Below, piece after piece: positions 1-8,817 of a stretch of 64,000 nt of DNA (positions are counted from its first letter, which is position 1; each line of letters begins with the position of its first letter). Source of the DNA: a bacterium. Its GTDB lineage: Bacteria > Zhuqueibacterota > Zhuqueibacteria > Residuimicrobiales > Krinioviventaceae. The DNA lies in NCBI GenBank assembly GCA_963675755.2, contig CAXXMD010000002.1, positions 2,080,001 through 2,144,000 of the forward strand. The letters run 5' to 3'. The translations under genes and the position numbers were made by a program. The notes beneath the pieces are model-generated. The model did not search any database and was not told the DNA's origin. It saw only the letters and a program-made list of their open reading frames with translations.

Positions 1-539
1 GCCACAGGCATTAATATCCTGCCATCTTTTAACTGCACCACCCGGTCATTATTCATAACAAAATAACCGTCATCCGGAATCATCCTCCGGGGTTCTCCCC
101 ATGATTTTGCTTCATCTTTGGAAATCCGCATATACGGTACACAATCGGTTTCAGAATTCTTGCGCAAATAAATCAATGCAATTTCACCTGTTTTTAACCG
201 CAGCATGGAAACCGACATGATGTTCATGTCCGCCTCATTGGCTACAATCAAACTGTCGGATTGGGTCCAGGTACGGCCTTTATCATCTGAATACCGACCG
301 GCAAGGTAAGCACTGTCATTGTCTCCATTACCACCGGTAAAATGTGTATACACGAATAAAATCCGACCATCTTTTAACGTAATAAAATCACCCTCACTAT
401 TACGAAAATTATCAGGACCCGGCTCCAACCTCAATGCCACCTCTTTACCGGGAAGAGGAACTACTTTATCCGTACCACAGGATTGCAATACTACTGCCAT
501 CAAAACCATCACTGTTAACAAATACCACTTGAATTTCAT
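1..539 (-). CDS. BNR/Asp-box sialidase-family lipoprotein, partial (3' end outside window)
   Basis: Not in the ORF track. Manual translation from ATG at 539 gives MKFKWYLLTVMVLMAVVLQSCGT...EPGPDNFRNSEGDF...YSDDKGRTW, a close paralog of 712..2514 with lipobox LQSC and an Asp-box. Confidence 0.85.
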   Translation of the reverse strand, partial: MKFKWYLLTVMVLMAVVLQSCGTDKVVPLPGKEVALRLEPGPDNFRNSEGDFITLKDGRILFVYTHFTGGNGDNDSAYLAGRYSDDKGRTWTQSDSLIVANEADMNIMSVSMLRLKTGEIALIYLRKNSETDCVPYMRISKDEAKSWGEPRRMIPDDGYFVMNNDRVVQLKDGRILMPV

Positions 540-575
540 AACCTACCCGTTCTTTAATAATAATCGATATTTATT

Positions 576-621
576 GGTGCCCGAGTATCCCGAACGTGCT
601 TCGGGATGTATAAAAGGCCCG
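576..621 (+). repeat. Repeat family B copy 1 (GGTGCCYGAGT-hairpin-TGTATMRAAGGCCCG)
   Basis: Shares flanks with 2546-2590 and 6311-6362. Internal hairpin ATCCCGAA/TTCGGGAT. Confidence 0.85.
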
Positions 622-680
622 ATGCTTTTCATCGCCCAACTCAAACTAACAGCTTTACTGTCTTTTATCTTTTTAGGCTA

Positions 681-710
681 CTGACAACCGATAACTGATT
701 ACTGATAACT
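681..710 (+). repeat. 7-nt-period array (ACTGAnn)
   Basis: actgaca accgata actgatt actgata ac, abutting the stop codon at 712. Confidence 0.85.
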
Positions 711-711
711 T

Positions 712-2514
712 TTATTTTCCATGAAACAACAATTCAGCAGGGATTTCAGATTTGTCAAAACCGGGACCTTTCCAGTTCAATTGCAAACCAAGTCCACCCG
801 CCATCTGAAAATACTCGCACTGCAATTTATGTTTTCCTTTTTTTAACGCCACAGTTGCATCCACTTCATACGTGCCATGTCCGCCGTCATTGTCAATCAG
901 CAGCTTGTCATCAATGTAGAGCATACTCCCGTCATTGGATTCCAGATAAAATGTATATTGACCGTCCTGCGGAATATCCACATATCCGTTATAAACAATT
1001 GCAAAATCATTTTTTCGTCTGCTTGGTTCAAGATTGATTTCCGACTGAATCCCGGAAGTGACCAATTTCAACGTTTTAATTTGTTCGGCTCTTGAAGCAG
1101 TTCCCTCATAATATTGATAAAACAAACCGGGACTCAAGTCTGCATCTAACTTTAAAGCTTCCTGAAAAACATCACTACCTACATTTGCATGAACTATCTC
1201 ACTGGGTGTTTTACCGGTTGCAAATGCCTGCATTGACAAAGGTGTTGTTCCGGTTACCTGGAAAGGTCCTTTGTAAATATCACCATGAGTCAAAGTAGGA
1301 AGACTATTGTCCAGCGTATAACGGACCATAGCACCCGCATCATCACAGGCCAATTCTATGGTCCCATCTTTATCTTTAACAACCCGGGGCTCTGCCGTTG
1401 CATCAGCATAAATCCAGTCATAACTCAACCGAGTAATCTGTGTGGTTTCAAGCCCATTGCTTTTACGTCGATCTCCGGCACAATGCCCCAATAACACACA
1501 GTCATCCAGAAACTCGATTGCTGTATAGCAATACCATCCATTCGGATCACTTTCAAGGGTTTTGATATGTTTCCAGGTCTCACCTTCATCCGAAGATACG
1601 GCAAGATGAAAAGGTGTGCGCATACCGCCATCCCGCGCGTCTTCATAGCAATTATTCCAGACCAGCAACAGATCGCCGGTGGATGGTATTCTCTCAATGG
1701 AAGCCGGTGAAAGTGGTGATGTTATATTACCCGGTTGTAAATCCGACCAGGTTTCTCCATGATCATCAGAATATGTAAAATATTGAGTCCCAACAATCGT
1801 ACGGCAAAACATCAAAAGTTTGCCCGATTTCAACTCTATCATGCCGGGTTCCTGGGTGATCACATGATTAGGATTACCCGCTACAGCACTTTTTATAAAA
1901 GTTTTACCATTATCATCCGAATAGTAGCATAAAATATCAGCACCTGAAACAAAAACATTATTCCGGGTATGCTTTGCTACCGGTATTAAAATCCTGCCGC
2001 TACCGAGCTTTACAACTCTATCATTGTTCATCACAAAATAAGCCTTATCCTGAATACAGCGTCTGGGTTCACTCCACGATTTGGCTTCATCATGTGATAT
2101 TCTCATATATGGCACACAGTCTGATTGCGAATTTTTAATTGCGTAAAACAATGCAATCTCGTCACTACCCAGTCGAAGCAGTGACACGGACATGGTATTC
2201 ATCCCCCCTTCATTTGCAACAATCAAACTGTCTTCCTGCGTCCAGGTTAGTCCCTGATCACTTGAAAAACGTCCCGCAAGATAAGCGCTGTCATCGTCAC
2301 CATTGCCACCGGTAAAATGACTATACACAAACAGAATTCTGCCATCTTTTAACCTAATAAAATCACCTTCACTGTTGCGGAAATTATCAGGACCCGGTTC
2401 CAACCTCAAAACTACTTCTTTACCGGGATGAGGAACAATATTTTTTGTCCCACAGGATTGCAATACTACTACCATCAAAACCATCACTGTTAACTTATAC
2501 CACTTTAATTTCAT
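712..2514 (-). CDS. BNR/Asp-box sialidase-family (GH33-like) lipoprotein with C-terminal FN3-associated and PA14 domains
   Basis: Lipobox LQSC, several SxDxGxTW Asp-boxes, YTLDNSLP motif, and PA14 motif YTFYLESNDGSMLYID. Confidence 0.85.
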   Translation of the reverse strand: MKLKWYKLTVMVLMVVVLQSCGTKNIVPHPGKEVVLRLEPGPDNFRNSEGDFIRLKDGRILFVYSHFTGGNGDDDSAYLAGRFSSDQGLTWTQEDSLIVANEGGMNTMSVSLLRLGSDEIALFYAIKNSQSDCVPYMRISHDEAKSWSEPRRCIQDKAYFVMNNDRVVKLGSGRILIPVAKHTRNNVFVSGADILCYYSDDNGKTFIKSAVAGNPNHVITQEPGMIELKSGKLLMFCRTIVGTQYFTYSDDHGETWSDLQPGNITSPLSPASIERIPSTGDLLLVWNNCYEDARDGGMRTPFHLAVSSDEGETWKHIKTLESDPNGWYCYTAIEFLDDCVLLGHCAGDRRKSNGLETTQITRLSYDWIYADATAEPRVVKDKDGTIELACDDAGAMVRYTLDNSLPTLTHGDIYKGPFQVTGTTPLSMQAFATGKTPSEIVHANVGSDVFQEALKLDADLSPGLFYQYYEGTASRAEQIKTLKLVTSGIQSEINLEPSRRKNDFAIVYNGYVDIPQDGQYTFYLESNDGSMLYIDDKLLIDNDGGHGTYEVDATVALKKGKHKLQCEYFQMAGGLGLQLNWKGPGFDKSEIPAELLFHGK

Positions 2515-2545
2515 ACCACATCCGTTCTTATAATTATAATATTAA

Positions 2546-2590
2546 CCGGTGCCCGAGTGATCGCCGAAGGTGATTGTATAAAAGGCCCGG
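2546..2590 (+). repeat. Repeat family B copy 2
   Basis: CCGGTGCCCGAGT-GATCGCCGAAGGTGAT-TGTATAAAAGGCCCGG. Confidence 0.85.
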
Positions 2591-2637
2591 TGTAATCTGA
2601 ATCCATTTTAATAACTACTCATTCTTATTGTTTTTAA

Positions 2638-2691
2638 CGTCTCACCTCTGCCGTCTACCATCTGACAACTGAATACTGACATCTGACAACT
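2638..2691 (+). repeat. 7-nt-period array (CRTYTnn units running in phase into CTGA units)
   Basis: cgtctca cctctgc cgtctac catctga caactga atactga catctga caact, ending at the stop codon at 2691. Confidence 0.85.
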
Positions 2692-5600
2692 CACCTTGGC
2701 TTTAACGCCCAAAGATCCGAAAACGGCTGTCTCTCCATTCCCGGTCCCTCAATTTCAATTTCCATACTTTCCGTTCCACCGTTCTCATAGTACAAGATGT
2801 CAATAGCATGACGTCCCTTATCCAGGTTTACACTGCCATCCAGGAAGCGGATTCCTCCTTCCGGCTCATCATCTACCACAACTTTGCCATCAACGGATAC
2901 AAAACAACCATCATTGGCCTTGGCATAAAATGTATATTTACCCGCGGTTTTAACCTCATAGTCAAACCGGAACCGGATTCCCACAAAATCCCCGCGACGT
3001 TTAATCTTGTTTACATCCAGTTCATAGGTAATCCCCGAAGAGACCTCTCTCACCTGACTCCAGTCCGGAAAGCCTTCCCATTCGCCTTCATATACCGTAT
3101 ACGCAATGCCCTGTACCCGGGGATCAACAAACCAAATCTTGTCGGTCTTGTCATAGCTGGTTAAAAATCCTTCCTTTACCGCAATAGCCCGGATCGTGGT
3201 TTCATCCCAGATCTCAATGGGGCTCTTGTATTTTTCCGATTCGGTTGTCGGCAGACTGCCATCCAGTGTATAATAAATATCCGCATCATTGCTTGCGGTA
3301 ATCTTAATCCTGGCCGCGTCCGGTTTGTGATACAGGGTATCGGTTTTGGCAATAATCGGCACAGGCAAATGCACGGTTTTGATCAACTCTGTTGCGCCCT
3401 TTGAAACAAACTGATATTTACCGGAACCAACTTTATAGATCACTGTCTGTTTGTCCGCCTTGACAAACTCTGCAGGCCCCTTGTTTACAGATACACTTTC
3501 TCCATCCACTGCGGGAACATATACAGTAGCAGTCGTATTTGCCGGGATCTCTATATCCATAACGAGATTATTATTTTTCAACTTCCAATGGCTTTTGATC
3601 ATACCATATATGGACTCGTACTCTCCAGTTACAAATGTCAAATCACCGCACAGCACAGGCTTGATGATAACGTGATTGAATCCGGGATCAGCCAGATCCG
3701 GATTAATACCTGCCAACGCTTTAAAAAACCATTTGTCAATACTGCCAAACATGGGGTGACTGTGCGAGCTGTGGCCGTCCCAGTCTTCCCACAAGGTTGT
3801 TACACCCTTGCCCAGTATATAATATCCAAATCCCGGAAAATCACTCTGGTTCATCACGCTGAATGCCAGGTCTTCCCGTCCCATTTCTGTCAACGTTTCC
3901 AACAACAACGGCGTTGCCAGTATACCGGTATCCAGATGGCCCCGGTTTCCCATCACATGCTCGGCCATGCTTTTAGAAACGCCTGCAATGTTATCCTGCT
4001 CTACCATACCAAAGGCAAGTGGAAACGTATCTGCGCCCTGGTAACTGGTCCAATAGCGCTGTTCTTTTGCATCGTAATATTGTTTATTAAAATTGTTCTG
4101 GATCTTGTCTGCCAATGCCGCCAGTTTCTTATGGTCCTGGTCATTCCCCAAAATTCCGGCAATTTCAGAAACGGTTTTAGCGCAGAAATAATAATAACTG
4201 GTATTCACCAACGGTGCCGGCAGTTCCAATGGATCGGGCGGACACCAGTCGCCCAACGGACTGTCACCGGGATTTTCATGTATCACCAGCCCGTTCCTGT
4301 CCGTTCCTTTGCCCAAAAACTCGACCCAGTGTTTCATACCTTCGTAATGCTTTGCAAGCAGAGTTGTGTCCCCGTAATAAAGATAATAATACCAGGGAAC
4401 CACAACAATTGCCGAACCCCAGGCAGGACCGCCGCCGCCGCCCTCATAAGGCGCAGTATGCGGAACAAATCCGGTTTTCTTGTCTTGCGCGTCATCAATG
4501 TCATTCATCCACTTGCGGTAAAACCGCATCATATCAAAATTAAATATAGAGCCTTCTACCAAAAGCTCTCCGTCTCCGGTATATCCCAAACGCTCACGGT
4601 GCGGACAATCACTGCTAAAACTGCTGTGAAAGTTGCCCAATTGTGTCCAGATGTAATTCTGATGGATTTTGTTAAACAAATCATTTGAACAGTGAAAATA
4701 TCCTGTCGTATCAACTGCAGTGTTAACGACCCGCCCTGTAATACTGCTTATATCCAGCGGCGTAGACGAACCCTTGATCTCTACCGTACGAAATGCATGC
4801 CAACTGAATCGCGGCTCCCAAATCTCGGTACCGCCTTTGCAGATATAATGATCGATCTGGCTAAAATCGCTGCCCAGCTCCTCATTATGGATAATTCTCA
4901 AGGTATCTCCACGATTCCCTTTTATATTCAAACGTACCCACCCTGTAAACATTTGCCCGAAATCATAAACATAGGTATTCTCTTTTGTGTGCTTGACAGA
5001 GACCGGTTTCAAAGTTGCAACTACTCCATCCTGTGGTGCCAGTTGTGGATGCAATGCTCCATCCGGTGCGTTTAACAACCTGGCTTGCTGCCAGCCAGAT
5101 GCATCGTAACCTGCCTTGTCCCATCCGGACATTTCCATACGTGCATCATAATGCTCACCGGTAAAAATATAATCATAACGGATTGGTCCGTCTGTACTGA
5201 ATTGCCAGCTTTCATCGCTTATAATGGTTTGTTTTTCGCCATCCTGGTATTCGATCTCGATCTGCATAATGAATCGCGGTGTATTGTACCAAACCCAGCC
5301 GTTAGGATCACGATGTCTACGATTATACCAGCCATTCCCAAGCACAATACCCACTGCATTGCGTCCTGCATGCAGCTGCTCGGTAATATCATAAATATTG
5401 TACAAAACCCGTGTCGACGAATTTTTATCAAAATCATAAACACGATTATTATTTACCCGTTTTTGATAGTGGGTCTGCGCGGGAACCAGTGCATCGTCTC
5501 CGGTTTTGGTCCCGTTGATGGACATTTCATAATAGCCCAAACCGCTCACATAAACGCGGGCAGTTTCAACAGGTTTGTCGATATTAAACTCTTTGCGGAA

Positions 5601-6095
5601 CCAGGGGGCCGGACCGTATTCAACCTCCTCCGGACTTTTACCCTCGGCAACCCCCACCCATTTTGCCTGCCAGGCATCAGGATTCAGCGTCATTTCCCAA
5701 TATGATATTTCACTCCAGAGAGAAGCCGCACCTGTTTCATCCCAAACCTGTACTTTCCAAAACACCTGCTGCCGGGGTGCAAGTTCTGCGCCCTCGTACA
5801 CAATATGCTGTGACTGGTTAGATCTTACTTTGCCGCTGTCCCAGATGTCACCCGTATCCGTTATGAGCAAATCAGGCGAGCTGGCAGCCAGAATACGATA
5901 AGCGGATTGGCTCCGGTTATGGCCTCCTGCCTCAAGCTTCCATCCCAATCGGGGCGCAGAGTTTTCAACACCCATAGGATTACTCATATACTCACAACGC
6001 AGGTCCACAACCCGCATGGCTTTATTCATTGGTTGACAACCGGATAACAATAAAAACATAAGCACAGCAGTAACAACCAGCAGCGTCTTTTTCAT
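2691..6095 (-). CDS. GH78 alpha-L-rhamnosidase-family lipoprotein 1 with FN3-associated and PA14 tail
   Basis: Lipobox LSGC, motifs GLGYYE, DFGQMFTGW, SDCPHRERLGYTGD, TTLWEDW, SHSHPMFG, and a PA14 C-terminus. Confidence 0.92.
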   Translation of the reverse strand: MKKTLLVVTAVLMFLLLSGCQPMNKAMRVVDLRCEYMSNPMGVENSAPRLGWKLEAGGHNRSQSAYRILAASSPDLLITDTGDIWDSGKVRSNQSQHIVYEGAELAPRQQVFWKVQVWDETGAASLWSEISYWEMTLNPDAWQAKWVGVAEGKSPEEVEYGPAPWFRKEFNIDKPVETARVYVSGLGYYEMSINGTKTGDDALVPAQTHYQKRVNNNRVYDFDKNSSTRVLYNIYDITEQLHAGRNAVGIVLGNGWYNRRHRDPNGWVWYNTPRFIMQIEIEYQDGEKQTIISDESWQFSTDGPIRYDYIFTGEHYDARMEMSGWDKAGYDASGWQQARLLNAPDGALHPQLAPQDGVVATLKPVSVKHTKENTYVYDFGQMFTGWVRLNIKGNRGDTLRIIHNEELGSDFSQIDHYICKGGTEIWEPRFSWHAFRTVEIKGSSTPLDISSITGRVVNTAVDTTGYFHCSNDLFNKIHQNYIWTQLGNFHSSFSSDCPHRERLGYTGDGELLVEGSIFNFDMMRFYRKWMNDIDDAQDKKTGFVPHTAPYEGGGGGPAWGSAIVVVPWYYYLYYGDTTLLAKHYEGMKHWVEFLGKGTDRNGLVIHENPGDSPLGDWCPPDPLELPAPLVNTSYYYFCAKTVSEIAGILGNDQDHKKLAALADKIQNNFNKQYYDAKEQRYWTSYQGADTFPLAFGMVEQDNIAGVSKSMAEHVMGNRGHLDTGILATPLLLETLTEMGREDLAFSVMNQSDFPGFGYYILGKGVTTLWEDWDGHSSHSHPMFGSIDKWFFKALAGINPDLADPGFNHVIIKPVLCGDLTFVTGEYESIYGMIKSHWKLKNNNLVMDIEIPANTTATVYVPAVDGESVSVNKGPAEFVKADKQTVIYKVGSGKYQFVSKGATELIKTVHLPVPIIAKTDTLYHKPDAARIKITASNDADIYYTLDGSLPTTESEKYKSPIEIWDETTIRAIAVKEGFLTSYDKTDKIWFVDPRVQGIAYTVYEGEWEGFPDWSQVREVSSGITYELDVNKIKRRGDFVGIRFRFDYEVKTAGKYTFYAKANDGCFVSVDGKVVVDDEPEGGIRFLDGSVNLDKGRHAIDILYYENGGTESMEIEIEGPGMERQPFSDLWALKPR

Positions 6096-6119
6096 ATTTT
6101 TCCTTTTGGATTAGAGAGG

Positions 6120-6173
6120 TGTGTAATTTTTTAGAATAAAATCATTTTTTACGAAAAAAACAAGAGGTATAAT
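6120..6173 (-). promoter_or_regulatory. Conserved upstream block of the GH78 paralogs (putative promoter/operator); other copies at about 12265-12312 and 15920-15968
   Basis: All three GH78 genes carry a similar + strand block, GTGT..TTTT(AG)AATAAAAYCAWTTTTTAC...CAA, about 25-75 bp upstream of the start. It reads TTG...TTTTATT on the coding strand. Confidence 0.5.
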
Positions 6174-6239
6174 TATATGCAGTTTCAAAGGTTTTCAATC
6201 ATGGATCACATAATTCTTTTGCTGTGGAATGATTTAAAT

Positions 6240-6270
6240 GCTATTAGCTGTTAGCTCCCAGCTATCAGTT
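6240..6270 (+). repeat. 7-nt-period array (AGCTnnn)
   Basis: gctatt agctgtt agctccc agctatc agtt. Confidence 0.7.
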
Positions 6271-6310
6271 TTCTATCTGCTCTTGTCAGCTTTGCAACAA
6301 CACACTACGC

Positions 6311-6362
6311 ACCGGTGCCTGAGTGCGAGTCCGTATAGCGGACGAGTGTATCGAAGGCCCGG
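6311..6362 (+). repeat. Repeat family B copy 3
   Basis: ACCGGTGCCTGAGTG..GTCCG-TATAG-CGGAC..TGTATCGAAGGCCCGG. Confidence 0.85.
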
Positions 6363-6392
6363 TTCATTCAACATCCAATAACAACAAATAAT

Positions 6393-6447
6393 TTGATCGC
6401 TCGGCATATTCATGCCGGGCGGAATATTCATCCGGGACATTCGTCCC
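6393..6447 (+). repeat. Two-hairpin repeat family A copy 1
   Basis: TTGATC-GCTCGGCAT-ATTC-ATGCCGGGC-GGAATAT-N6-GGGAC-ATTC-GTCCC. Confidence 0.92.
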
Positions 6448-6580
6448 GCTGGGTTTCACTCAATGGATCTCACGGTAAAATCTTAATCCAGATTTTTAAA
6501 TTCAGGATAAACAGTGTTTATCCTGTCCTTTCCGTCCAAAACCAGAGTTTTTAAAGGAGTAATGTCGAGCGGAATATTCG

Positions 6581-6643
6581 GCCCTTTTCCTTCGATACAT
6601 CCGTCCGCAAGCTGGCGGACGGGATGCCTGGGGTATATTAATT
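6581..6643 (-). repeat. Repeat family B copy 4 (inverted, 5' flank degenerate)
   Basis: Minus strand reads ...CCGTCCGC-CAGCTT-GCGGACGG-ATGTATCGAAGGAAAAGGGC. Confidence 0.75.
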
Positions 6644-6694
6644 CAGGTAACATCCATTTTCGACCAAAATCAGCATATAGAACAGAAGAAACTC

Positions 6695-7534
6695 TCAGTT
6701 TTTTTTTGTTACATAAACACATCGAAAGCCGATAAACTCCATTTCCAGACTTTTATCATCAGCATAACTGCGATATCCCGTATGTGAGTAAAAAGCACAA
6801 TTTTTATTAATGGATGCACCACGAATCACCTTAACATATCCTTCTTTGGGGCCAAGTGGATTTTTAGAAGTGGATTCGAAATAATAATCCCTGCTGAACC
6901 AGTCCATACACCACTCCTGTACATTTCCTCCCAAGTCATATATACCGTATTTATTTGGCGGAAATTGTCCTACAGGTTCAAGATTATAATCCTGACAATT
7001 ATCCTGCCCCATTATCAGTTCATCTCCCCAGGGATACAAGTAATCCTTACCACCTTTGGCTGTTTTCTCCCACTCTGCTTCTGTAGGTAGACGCTTTCCA
7101 TAAAACTTTGCATATTCAAAGGCATCCTGCCAAGTAACTCCATATACTGGGTAATCTTTCATTCCCGGTTCAAAATGATCTTTCCAATTACCTTTGGGAG
7201 TATACCCGGACTTTTCAACAAATTTCAAATATTGACCAAAGGTTACCTCATATTTATCAATATAAAAATCATCAATCCATACCTTATGTTTCGGTTGCTC
7301 ATCTTTAAACCAGTCTAAACTAGAAAAACCAGGAGCTTCATTTACTATGTATTCAGCCCGTTCTTCAGTTATTCCCATTTCAAATTGACCAGCAGGTATT
7401 AACACCATGTCATTTAATCTGGGATTCTTTTGATTTTGTGAACAATTATTAAAAAATAATACAATAAACACTAATGAAATAATTTTATAATCATTCATTG
7501 CTACCCCTATAGTTTTGCTGTTAAACAAGATCAT
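6695..7534 (-). CDS. Formylglycine-generating-enzyme (FGE/SUMF1) domain putative lipoprotein
   Basis: Motifs IPAGQFEMG, DEQPKHKV, YEVT, RLPTEAEWE, YPWG, PPNKYGIYDLGGNVQEW, IGFRCV. The true start may be 7498. Confidence 0.9.
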   Translation of the reverse strand: MILFNSKTIGVAMNDYKIISLVFIVLFFNNCSQNQKNPRLNDMVLIPAGQFEMGITEERAEYIVNEAPGFSSLDWFKDEQPKHKVWIDDFYIDKYEVTFGQYLKFVEKSGYTPKGNWKDHFEPGMKDYPVYGVTWQDAFEYAKFYGKRLPTEAEWEKTAKGGKDYLYPWGDELIMGQDNCQDYNLEPVGQFPPNKYGIYDLGGNVQEWCMDWFSRDYYFESTSKNPLGPKEGYVKVIRGASINKNCAFYSHTGYRSYADDKSLEMEFIGFRCVYVTKKN

Positions 7535-7549
7535 GGCCTAATGGATAAT

Positions 7550-7942
7550 TTATAAATGCCAAATGCGCAAACCTTTTATATATTCAAAATGTTTATCGAA
7601 TGTTATTAAAGTTGACCCAATTTCCATTGCATGCGAAGCAATCCAGATATCCTGAATAGGAATAGGTGTTCCTGAAAGTTTAAGATCGTTTTTGATCATA
7701 CTAAAATACTCGGCAGTTTCCAATGTTGAATTTAATAACTGAACGGTAGGTTTTTCCAAAAATTTATTCAGGATTTCACGATTTTGTATCTCTTTACTAC
7801 CACCCCGAAATCCGTAATATAGTTCAGCAATAACAAAAACAGACATGTATACCATTTCTGCATTTGAAATCGCCTCTAACACAATTTTATTGCCTGCCAG
7901 CAAATGACTATACGCATTAGTATCAATTAATAAACGTTTCAT
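7550..7942 (-). CDS. vapC: VapC/PIN-domain toxin
   Basis: LLIDTNAY...IAELYYG...IPIQDIWIAS...LITFDKHF. The ATG at 7942 overlaps the antitoxin stop (ATGA). Confidence 0.92.
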   Translation of the reverse strand: MKRLLIDTNAYSHLLAGNKIVLEAISNAEMVYMSVFVIAELYYGFRGGSKEIQNREILNKFLEKPTVQLLNSTLETAEYFSMIKNDLKLSGTPIPIQDIWIASHAMEIGSTLITFDKHFEYIKGLRIWHL

Positions 7943-8181
7943 TTCCATTGATCCGGTTCAATTTCACGGAGTTCTGCTGTCTTTTGATCAAACACATTTG
8001 CCTCATCTTTAGACCAAACACCACAAAACTCTGAAAAATCCTGTTTTCTTTTATTCAAGCCAAGAGCATCGTACAAAAGCATTTTTATAGTCTTGTTCAG
8101 ACTTGCACCGTTTTTTCTAGCCAATTCTTCAATTTTTCTACTTGCTTGACTATCAATATTATGTACAGTTATAGATTTCAT
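7939..8181 (-). CDS. Antitoxin (FitA-like ribbon-helix-helix)
   Basis: MKSITVHNID...LARKNGASLNKTIKMLL. About 80 aa, directly upstream of and coupled to vapC. Confidence 0.85.
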   Translation of the reverse strand: MKSITVHNIDSQASRKIEELARKNGASLNKTIKMLLYDALGLNKRKQDFSEFCGVWSKDEANVFDQKTAELREIEPDQWK

Positions 8182-8347
8182 GCCACACCTATGAATCAAT
8201 TTATGGTTCAAAATACACTAAAAAATAGTTCAATATATATTTAAATGCAAGTATTTATTTAATTATCTCAAGTCACTATTATTAGCAACGCTTATTGAAA
8301 ATCCAAAGCAAGAAGCAACCTCAGAAATCCCCCATTCGCTTAATTTC

Positions 8348-8515
8348 TCCCGCTGGCTTTTACTTAATGGACCTCACAGTAAAACCTTAATCCAGATTTT
8401 TAAATACCGATCGCTCGGCATATTCATGCCGGGCGGAATATTAATCCGGGACATTCGTCCCGCTGGCTTTTACTTAATGGACCTCACGGTAAAACCTTAA
8501 TCCAGATTTTTAAAT
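8348..8515 (+). repeat. 58-bp direct repeats (8348-8405, 8458-8515; third copy 6444-6501) enclosing family A copy 2 (8407-8461)
   Basis: TCCCGCTGGCTTTTACTTAATGGACCTCACRGTAAAACCTTAATCCAGATTTTTAAAT occurs twice with one mismatch. A2 is nearly identical to A1. Confidence 0.92.
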
Positions 8516-8634
8516 TAAGGATAAACAGAGTTTTGGATGGAGTAAAAAACACCATTCTACTTGTTGACATGAAAACAGTAAATCATTAATCAAATTTTCT
8601 GTTTCATCCGAGCAAATCCGTGGCTAAATAAATG

Positions 8635-8659
8635 GGTTCCAAGGCAGAGCCTTTGAACC
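8635..8659. repeat. Isolated REP-like palindrome
   Basis: GGTTCCAAGGC-AGA-GCCTTTGAACC, an 11-bp arm with one mismatch. Only one copy seen. Confidence 0.5.
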
Positions 8660-8710
8660 AGATAATATATACAGCGTTTTAGACAGAGTATTATCGAGCG
8701 GAACATTCAG

Positions 8711-8770
8711 GCCCTTTTCCTTCGATACATCCGCCCGCCATCTGACGGACGGACACTCTGGAACCGGGCC
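8711..8770 (-). repeat. Repeat family B copy 5 (inverted)
   Basis: Minus strand reads CCGGTTCCAGAGTG-TCCGTCCGTC-AGAT-GGCGGGCGGA-TGTATCGAAGG. Confidence 0.82.
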
Positions 8771-8781
8771 TCGTTTTTTTT

Positions 8782-8811
8782 CTGATAACTGATTACTGAA
8801 TACTGACTACT
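8782..8811 (+). repeat. 7-nt-period array (CTGAnnA)
   Basis: ctgataa ctgatta ctgaata ctgacta ct, next to the stop codon at 8818. Confidence 0.88.
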
Positions 8812-8817
8812 TTTGCT

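Noticed and set aside
319-684. 121-aa + ORF, and short ORFs 6483-6722 and 6514-6735
   Set aside because: They overlap the partial sialidase gene or repeat mosaics and show no coding signal.
3588-4688. 366-aa + strand ORF and similar antisense ORFs (9724-10551, 40065-40703, 48955-49473, 62476-63240)
   Set aside because: These are shadow frames opposite well-supported genes and have no recognisable motifs. Their recurrence reflects paralogy of the real genes.
6393-6447. Family A or B as a hammerhead ribozyme or known riboswitch
   Set aside because: TGATC-stem-GGAA and CTGAG...CGAA only superficially resemble CUGANGA...GAAA. The required core and third stem are missing, and positions are not consistently in 5' UTRs.
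6695-7534. FGE/CLec-fold gene as a diversity-generating retroelement target
   Set aside because: No template repeat resembling its 3' end and no reverse transcriptase seen in the window. A remote DGR cannot be excluded.
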